From the human T2T-CHM13v2.0 reference genome, Homo sapiens: DNA of 64,000 nucleotides. Positions within the stretch are counted from its first letter, which is position 1. Each line of letters begins with the position of its first letter. Both the position numbers and the translations under genes were made by a program. Under the pieces are notes generated by a model. That model searched no databases and was not told where the DNA came from. It was given only the letters and a program-made list of their open reading frames with translations. The stretch lies in NCBI RefSeq assembly GCF_009914755.1, contig NC_060933.1; one strand, written 5' to 3'. Below are positions 55,101-64,000 of this stretch, one piece after another.

Positions 55101-58100
55101 CATATAAAACCTAGAGAGAAGCATTCTCAGGAACTTCTTTGTGATGTTTGCCTTCAAGTCACAGGACTGAACATTCCCTTTCATAGCGCAGGTTTGAAAC
55201 ACTCTTTCTGTAGTATCTGCAAGCTGACGTTTCAAGCGCTTTCAGGCCTATGGTGAGAAAGGAAATATCTTCAAGTAAAAACTAGACAGAAGCATTCTCA
55301 GAAACTTATTTGCCATGTGTGTTCTCAACTAACAGAGTTGAACCTTTGTTTTGATACGGCATTTTGGAAACACTCTTTTTGTAGAATCTGCAGGTGGATA
55401 TTCGGATAGCTTTGAAGGTTTCGTTGGAAACGGGAATATCTTCATATAAAATCTAGACGGAAGCATTCTCAGAAACTGCTTTGTGATGTTTTCATTCAAG
55501 TCACAGAGTAGAATGTTCCCTGTTATATACCAGGTTTGAGACACTCTTTCTGCACTACCCGGAAGTGGACGTTTTTAGCGCTTTGAGGCCTATGTTGAAA
55601 AAGGAAATATCTTCCCATAAAAACTAGACAGAAGCATTCTCAGAAACTTGTTTGTGATGTGTGTATTCAACTAACAGAGATGAACCTTTCTTTTTACAGA
55701 GCAGTTTTGAAACACTCTTTTTGTGGAATCTGAAAGTGGATATTTGGATAGCTTTGAGGATTTCGTTGGAAACGGGATTACATATAAAATCTAGAGAGAA
55801 GCATTCTCAGGAACTTCTTTGTGATGTTTGCATTCACGTCACAGAACTGAACATTCCCTTTCATAGAGCATGTTTGAAACACTCTTTCTGTAGTATCTGC
55901 AAACGGACATTTCAAACGCTTTCAGGCCTATGGTGAGAAAGGAAATATCTTCAAGTAAAAACTAGACAGAAGCATTCTCAGAAACTTATTTGCGATGTGT
56001 GTCCTCAACTAACAGAGTTGAACCTTTCTTTTGATACAACATTTTGGAAACACTCTTTTTGTAGAATCTGCAAGTGGATATTTGAATAGCTTTGAAGGTT
56101 TCGTTGGAAACGGGAATATCTTCATATAAAATCAAGACAGAAGCATTCTCAGAAACTTCTCTGTGATGTTTGCATTCAACTCATAGAGTTGAACACTTCC
56201 CTTCATACAGCAGGTTTGAAACACTCTTTTTGTAATATTTGGAAGTGGACATTTGCAGCGCTTTGAGGCCTATGATGAAAAAGGTAATATCTTCCCATAA
56301 AAACTAGACAGAAGCATTCTCAGAAACTTGTTTGTGATGTGTGTATTCAACTAACAGAGATGAACCTTTCTTTTTACAGAGCAGTTTTGAAACACTCTTT
56401 TTGTGGAATCTGAAAGTGGATATTTGGATAGCTTTGCGGATTTCGTTGGAAACGGGATTACATATAAAATCTAGGGAGAAGCACTCTCAGGAACTTCTTT
56501 GTGATGTTTGCATTCAAGTCACAGAACTGAACATTCCCTTTCATAGAGCAGGTTTGAAACACTCTTTCTGTAGTATCTGCAAGCGGACGTTTTAAGCGCT
56601 TTCAGGCCTGTGGTGAGAAAGGAAATATCTTCAAATAAAAACTAGACAGAAGCATTCTCAGAAACTTATTTGCGATGTGTGTCCTCAACTAACAGAGTTG
56701 AACCTTTCTTTTGATACAACATTTTGGAAACACTCTTTTTGTAGAATCTGCAAGTGGATATTTGGATAGCTTTGAAGGTTTCGTTGGAAACGGGAATATC
56801 TTCATATGAAATCAAGACAGAAGCATTCTCAGAAACTTCTCTGTGATGTTTGCATTCAACTCATAGAGTTGAACACTTCCCTTCATACAGCAGGTTTGAA
56901 ACACTCTTTTTCTAATATTTGGAAGTGGACATTTGCAGCGCTTTGAGGCCTATGTTGAAAAAGGAAATATCTTCTCCTAAAAACCAGACAGAAGCATTCT
57001 CAGAAACTTCCTTGTGATGTGTGTACTCAAGTAACAGAGTTGAACCTTCCTTTTGACAGAGCAGTTTTGAAGCACTCTTTTTGTAGAATCTGCAAGTGGA
57101 TATTTTGATACCTTTGAGGATTTCGTTGGACACGGGATATCTTCATATAAAATCTAGACAGAAGCATTCTCAGAAACTTCTTTGTGCTGTATGTCCTCAA
57201 TTAACAGAGTTGAACCTTTGTGTGGATACAGCATTTTGGAAACATTCCTTTAGTAGAATCTGCAAGTTGATATTTAGATAGCTAGGAAGATTTCCTTGGA
57301 AACGGGAATATCTTCATATAAAATCTAGACGGAAGCATTCTCAGAAAGTGCTTTGTGATGTTTGCATTCAAGTCACAGAGTTGAATATTCCCTTTTATAG
57401 AGCAGGTTTGAAACACTCTTTCTGCACTACCTGGAAGTGGACATTTGGAGCGCTTTGAGGCCTATGTTGAAAAAGGAAATATCTTCCCATAAAAACTAGA
57501 CAGAAGCATTCTCAGAAACTTGTTTGTGATGTGTGTATTCAACTAACAGAGATGAACCTTTCTTTTTACAGAGCAGTTTTGAAACACTCTTTTTGTGGAA
57601 TCTGAAAGTGGATATTTGGATAGCTTTGAGGATTTCGTTGGAAACGGGATTACATATAAAACCTAGAGAGAAGCATTCTCAGGAACTTCTTTGTGATGTT
57701 TGCCTTCAAGTCACAGGACTGAACATTCCCTTTCATAGAGCAGGTTTGAAACACTCTTTCTGTAGTATCTGCAAGCTGACGTTTCAAGCGCTTTCAGGCC
57801 TATGGTGAGAAAGGAAATATCTTCAAGTAAAAACTAGACAGAAGCATTCTCAGAAACTTATTTGCCATGTGTGTTCTCAACTAACAGAGTTGAACCTTTG
57901 TTTTGATACGGCATTTTGGAAACACTCTTTTTGTAGAATCTGCAGGTGGATATTCGGATAGCTTTGAAGGTTTCGTTGGAAACGGGAATATCTTCATATA
58001 AAATCTAGACGGAAGCATTCTCAGAAACTGCTTTGTGATGTTTTCATTCAAGTCACAGAGTAGAATGTTCCCTGTTATATACCAGGTTTGAGACACTCTT

Positions 58101-59375
58101 TCTGCACTACCCGGAAGTGGACGTTTGGAGCGCTTTGAGGCCTATGTTGAAAAACGAAATATCTTCCCATAAAAACTAGACAGAAGCATTCTCAGAAACT
58201 TGTTTGTGATGTGTGTATTCAACTAACAGAGATGAACCTTTCTTTTTACAGAGCAGTTTTGAAACACTCTTTTTGTGGAATCTGAAAGTGGATATTTGGA
58301 TAGCTTTGAGGATTTCGTTGGAAACGGGATTAAATATAAAATCTAGAGAGAAGCATTCTCAGGAACTTCTTTGTGATGTTTGCATTCACGTCACAGAACT
58401 GAACATTCCCTTTCATAGAGCATGTTTGAAACACTCTTTCTGTAGTATCTGCAAACGGACATTTCAAACGCTTTCAGGCCTATGGTGAGAAAGGAAATAT
58501 CTTCAAGTAAAAACTAGACAGAAGCATTCTCAGAAACTTATTTGCGATGTGTGTCCTCAACTAACAGAGTTGAACCTTTCTTTTGATACAACATTTTGGA
58601 AACACTCTTTTTGTAGAATCTGCAAGTGGATATTTGAATAGCTTTGAAGGTTTCGTTGGAAACGGGAATATCTTCATATAAAATCAAGACAGAAGCATTC
58701 TCAGAAACTTCTCTGTGATGTTTGCATTCAACTCATAGAGTTGAACACTTCCCTTCATACAGCAGGTTTGAAACACTCTTTTTGTAATATTTGGAAGTGG
58801 ACATTTGCAGCGCTTTGAGGCCTATGATGAAAAAGGTAATATCTTCCCATAAAAACTAGACAGAAGCATTCTCAGAAACTTGTTTGTGATGTGTGTATTC
58901 AACTAACAGAGATGAACCTTTCTTTTTACAGAGCAGTTTTGAAACACTCTTTTTGTGGAATCTGAAAGTGGATATTTGGATAGCTTTGCGGATTTCGTTG
59001 GAAACGGGATTACATATAAAATCTAGGGAGAAGCACTCTCAGGAACTTCTTTGTGATGTTTGCATTCAAGTCACAGAACTGAACATTCCCTTTCATAGAG
59101 CAGGTTTGAAACACTCTTTCTGTAGTATCTGCAAGCGGACGTTTTAAGCGCTTTCAGGCCTGTGGTGAGAAAGGAAATATCTTCAAATAAAAACTAGACA
59201 GAAGCATTCTCAGAAACTTATTTGCGATGTGTGTCCTCAACTAACAGAGTTGAACCTTTCTTTTGATACAACATTTTGGAAACACTCTTTTTGTAGAATC
59301 TGCAAGTGGATATTTGGATAGCTTTGAAGGTTTCGTTGGAAACGGGAATATCTTCATATGAAATCAAGACAGAAG
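49168..59375 (+). repeat. Four tandem 15-mer HORs
   Basis: Markers at 49256, 51808, 54360, 56912 and 59464. Confidence 0.95.
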
Positions 59376-61247
59376 CATTCTCAGAAACTTCTCTGTGATG
59401 TTTGCATTCAACTCATAGAGTTGAACACTTCCCTTCATACAGCAGGTTTGAAACACTCTTTTTCTAATATTTGGAAGTGGACATTTGCAGCGCTTTGAGG
59501 CCTATGTTGAAAAAGGAAATATCTTCTCCTAAAAACCAGACAGAAGCATTCTCAGAAACTTCCTTGTGATGTGTGTACTCAAGTAACAGAGTTGAACCTT
59601 CCTTTTGACAGAGCAGTTTTGAAGCACTCTTTTTGTAGAATCTGCAAGTGGATATTTTGATACCTTTGAGGATTTCGTTGGACACGGGATATCTTCATAT
59701 AAAATCTAGACAGAAGCATTCTCAGAAACTTCTTTGTGCTGTATGTCCTCAATTAACAGAGTTGAACCTTTGTGTGGATACAGCATTTTGGAAACATTCC
59801 TTTAGTAGAATCTGCAAGTTGATATTTAGATAGCTAGGAAGATTTCCTTGGAAACGGGAATATCTTCATATAAAATCTAGACGGAAGCATTCTCAGAAAG
59901 TGCTTTGTGATGTTTGCATTCAAGTCACAGAGTTGAATATTCCCTTTTATAGAGCAGGTTTGAAACACTCTTTCTGTACTACCTGGAAGTGGACATTTGG
60001 AGCGCTTTGAGGCCTATGTTGAAAAACGAAATATCTTCCCATAAAAACTAGACAGAAGCATTCTCAGAAACTTGTTTGTGATGTGTGTATTCAACTAACA
60101 GAGATGAACCTTTCTTTTTACAGAGCAGTTTTGAAACACTCTTTTTGTGGAATCTGAAAGTGGATATTTGGATAGCTTTGAGGATTTCGTTGGAAACGGG
60201 ATTACATATAAAACCTAGAGAGAAGCATTCTCAGGAACTTCTTTGTGATGTTTGCCTTCAAGTCACAGGACTGAACATTCCCTTTCATAGAGCAGGTTTG
60301 AAACACTCTTTCTGTAGTATCTGCAAACGGACGTTTCAAGCGCTTTCAGGCCTATGGTGAGAAAGGAAATATCTTCAAGTAAAAACTAGACAGAAGCATT
60401 CTCAGAAACTTATTTGCGATGTGTGTCCTCAACTAACAGAGTTGAACCTTTCTTTTGATACAACATTTTGGAAACACTCTTTTTGTAGAATCAGCAAGTG
60501 GATATTTGAATAGCTTTGAAGGTTTCGTTGGAAACGGGAATATCTTCATATAAAATCAAGACAGAAGCATTCTCAGAAACTTCTCGGTGATGTTTGCATT
60601 CAACTCATAGAGTTGAACACTTCCCTTCATACAGCAGGTTTGAAACACTCTTTTTGTAATATTTGGAAGTGGACATTTGCAGCGCTTTGAGGCCTATGAT
60701 GAAAAAGGTAATATCTTCCCATAAAAACTAGACAGAAGCATTCTCAGAAACTTGTTTGTGATGTGTGTATTCAACTAACAGAGATGAACCTTTCTTTTTA
60801 CAGAGCAGTTTTGAAACACTCTTTTTGTGGAATCTGAAAGTGGATATTTGGATAGCTTTGCGGATTTCGTTGGAAACGGGATTACATATAAAATCTAGGG
60901 AGAAGCATTCTCAGGAACTTCTTTGTGATGTTTGCATTCAAGTCACAGAACTGAACATTCCCTTTCATAGAGCAGGTTTGAAACACTCTTTCTGTAGTAT
61001 CTGCAAGCGGACGTTTTAAGCGCTTTCAGGCCTGTGGTGAGAAAGGAAATATCTTCAAATAAAAACTAGACAGAAGCATTCTCAGAAACTTATTTGCGAT
61101 GTGTGTCCTCAACTAACAGAGTTGAACCTTTCTTTTGATACAACATTTTGGAAACACTCTTTTTGTAGAATCTGCAAGTGGATATTTGGATAGCTTTGAA
61201 GGTTTCGTTGGAAACGGGAATATCTTCATATGAAATCAAGACAGAAG
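59376..61247 (+). repeat. 11-mer HOR variant with mosaic m10/m14 monomer
   Basis: An m10-like monomer is followed by m15; spacing 59464->61336 = 1872. Confidence 0.94.
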
Positions 61248-63799
61248 CATTCTCAGAAACTTCTCTGTGATGTTTGCATTCAACTCATAGAGTTGAACAC
61301 TTCCCTTCATACAGCAGGTTTGAAACACTCTTTTTCTAATATTTGGAAGTGGACATTTGCAGCGCTTTGAGGCCTATGTTGAAAAGGGAAATATCTTCTC
61401 CTAAAAACCAGACAGAAGCATTCTCAGAAACTTCCTTGTGATGTGTGTACTCAAGTAACAGAGTTGAACCTTCCTTTTGACAGAGCAGTTTTGAAGCACT
61501 CTTTTTGTAGAATCTGCAAGTGGATATTTTGATACCTTTGAGGATTTCGTTGGACACGGGATATCTTCATATAAAATCTAGACAGAAGCATTCTCAGAAA
61601 CTTCTTTGTGCTGTATGTCCTCAATTAACAGAGTTGAACCTTTGTGTGGATACAGCATTTTGGAAACATTCCTTTAGTAGAATCTGCAAGTTGATATTTA
61701 GATAGCTAGGAAGATTTCCTTGGAAACGGGAATATCTTCATATAAAATCTAGACGGAAGCATTCTCAGAAAGTGCTTTGTGATGTTTGCATTCAAGTCAC
61801 AGAGTTGAATATTCCCTTTTATAGAGCAGGTTTGAAACACTCTTTCTGCACTACCTGGAAGTGGACATTTGGAGCGCTTTGAGGCCTATGTTGAAAAACG
61901 AAATATCTTCCCATAAAAACTAGACAGAAGCATTCTCAGAAACTTGTTTGTGATGTGTGTATTCAACTAACAGAGATGAACCTTTCTTTTTACAGAGCAG
62001 TTTTGAAACACTCTTTTTGTGGAATCTGAAAGTGGATATTTGGATAGCTTTGAGGATTTCGTTGGAAACGGGATTACATATAAAACCTAGAGAGAAGCAT
62101 TCTCAGGAACTTCTTTGTGATGTTTGCCTTCAAGTCACAGGACTGAACATTCCCTTTCATAGAGCAGGTTTGAAACACTCTTTCTGTAGTATCTGCAAGC
62201 TGACGTTTCAAGCGCTTTCAGGCCTATGGTGAGAAAGGAAATATCTTCAAGTAAAAACTAGACAGAAGCATTCTCAGAAACTTATTTGCCATGTGTGTTC
62301 TCAACTAACAGAGTTGAACCTTTGTTTTGATACGGCATTTTGGAAACACTCTTTTTGTAGAATCTGCAGGTGGATATTCGGATAGCTTTGAAGGTTTCGT
62401 TGGAAACGGGAATATCTTCATATAAAATCTAGACGGAAGCATTCTCAGAAACTGCTTTGTGATGTTTTCATTCAAGTCACAGAGTAGAATGTTCCCTGTT
62501 ATATACCAGGTTTGAGACACTCTTTCTGCACTACCCGGAAGTGGACGTTTGGAGCGCTTTGAGGCCTATGTTGAAAAAGGAAATATCTTCCCATAAAAAC
62601 TAGACAGAAGCATTCTCAGAAACTTGTTTGTGATGTGTGTATTCAACTAACAGAGATGAACCTTTCTTTTTACAGAGCAGTTTTGAAACACTCTTTTTGT
62701 GGAATCTGAAAGTGGATATTTGGATAGCTTTGAGGATTTCGTTGGAAACGGGATTACATATAAAATCTAGAGAGAAGCATTCTCAGGAACTTCTTTGTGA
62801 TGTTTGCATTCACGTCACAGAACTGAACATTCCCTTTCATAGAGCATGTTTGAAACACTCTTTCTGTAGTATCTGCAAACGGACATTTCAAACGCTTTCA
62901 GGCCTATGGTGAGAAAGGAAATATCTTCAAGTAAAAACTAGACAGAAGCATTCTCAGAAACTTATTTGCGATGTGTGTCCTCAACTAACAGAGTTGAACC
63001 TTTCTTTTGATACAACATTTTGGAAACACTCTTTTTGTAGAATCTGCAAGTGGATATTTGAATAGCTTTGAAGGTTTCGTTGGAAACGGGAATATCTTCA
63101 TATAAAATCAAGACAGAAGCATTCTCAGAAACTTCTCTGTGATGTTTGCATTCAACTCATAGAGTTGAACACTTCCCTTCATACAGCAGGTTTGAAACAC
63201 TCTTTTTGTAATATTTGGAAGTGGACATTTGCAGCGCTTTGAGGCCTATGATGAAAAAGGTAATATCTTCCCATAAAAACTAGACAGAAGCATTCTCAGA
63301 AACTTGTTTGTGATGTGTGTATTCAACTAACAGAGATGAACCTTTCTTTTTACAGAGCAGTTTTGAAACACTCTTTTTGTGGAATCTGAAAGTGGATATT
63401 TGGATAGCTTTGCGGATTTCGTTGGAAACGGGATTACATATAAAATCTAGGGAGAAGCACTCTCAGGAACTTCTTTGTGATGTTTGCATTCAAGTCACAG
63501 AACTGAACATTCCCTTTCATAGAGCAGGTTTGAAACACTCTTTCTGTAGTATCTGCAAGCGGACGTTTTAAGCGCTTTCAGGCCTGTGGTGAGAAAGGAA
63601 ATATCTTCAAATAAAAACTAGACAGAAGCATTCTCAGAAACTTATTTGCGATGTGTGTCCTCAACTAACAGAGTTGAACCTTTCTTTTGATACAACATTT
63701 TGGAAACACTCTTTTTGTAGAATCTGCAAGTGGATATTTGGATAGCTTTGAAGGTTTCGTTGGAAACGGGAATATCTTCATATGAAATCAAGACAGAAG
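61248..63799 (+). repeat. 15-mer HOR (a partial further unit runs to the window end)
   Basis: m5 starts at 61248 and 63800. Confidence 0.95.
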
Positions 63800-64000
63800 C
63801 ATTCTCAGAAACTTCTCTGTGATGTTTGCATTCAACTCATAGAGTTGAACACTTCCCTTCATACAGCAGGTTTGAAACACTCTTTTTCTAATATTTGGAA
63901 GTGGACATTTGCAGCGCTTTGAGGCCTATGTTGAAAAAGGAAATATCTTCTCCTAAAAACCAGACAGAAGCATTCTCAGAAACTTCCTTGTGATGTGTGT

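Larger units (their letters stand above)
1..64000 (+). repeat. Centromeric alpha-satellite HOR array (SF2-like dimeric A/B monomers; probably human chr9 D9Z4 / S2C9H1L)
   Basis: Seen: continuous ~171 bp monomers starting CATTCTCAG(A/G)AA, with TTTCGTTGGAAACGGGA CENP-B boxes on alternating monomers and near-identical 2552 bp periodicity. Alpha-satellite identity is certain. The chromosome assignment is inferred from the 1192 bp 7-mer and 680 bp 4-mer modules (about 0.65 confidence; chr4 D4Z1 is a close relative). Confidence 0.99.

Noticed and set aside
198-63571. More than 120 short ORFs (61-113 aa) on both strands, e.g. MYSTNRDEPFF..., MSNEILKG..., MDILIPLR...
   Set aside because: They are translations of satellite monomers recurring at the HOR period, mostly with non-ATG starts and no recognisable domain or gene structure. 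I used them only as positional markers.
1-64000. CRISPR-like regularly spaced conserved motif (AGAAGCATTCTCAGAAAC)
   Set aside because: The intervening sequences are homologous monomer bodies rather than unique spacers, the period is ~171 bp, and there are no cas genes.
1-64000. Possible L1/Alu insertion or array inversion
   Set aside because: Unit lengths sum exactly (17x2552 + 4x3232 + 3x1872 + 1191 = 63119 between the first and last markers) and all CENP-B boxes are on the same strand, leaving no room for foreign sequence.

Overview
The whole 64 kb window is primate (human-type) centromeric alpha-satellite DNA. It contains about 376 head-to-tail monomers of 167-171 bp in one orientation, arranged as a highly homogeneous higher-order repeat (HOR) with CENP-B boxes on alternate monomers. 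I saw no genes, transposon insertions or inversions; all listed ORFs are by-products of the repeat. The dominant HOR is a 15-mer of 2552 bp (17 full copies). It is interspersed with four 19-mers (3232 bp), three 11-mers (1872 bp) and one 7-mer (1191 bp), so every unit has 7+4n monomers. The dimeric monomer types and the 1192/680 bp modules best fit a suprachromosomal family 2 (SF2) live array, most likely chr9 D9Z4; this assignment is from recall and is not verified. I found no new protein-coding system. The notable signal is array evolution readable from single-base variants: a near-perfect 8336 bp (49-monomer) tandem duplication, a HOR-haplotype boundary near 39-40 kb, a divergent chimeric 7-mer that appears inserted, three different 11-mer junctions, micro-conversion tracts, and a fixed dead CENP-B box where the A/B alternation breaks. 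Monomers are numbered m1-m15 from position 1 (starts 1, 172, 339, 510, 681, 852, 1022, 1193, 1364, 1531, 1702, 1873, 2044, 2211, 2382), and HOR units are delimited at m5 starts.
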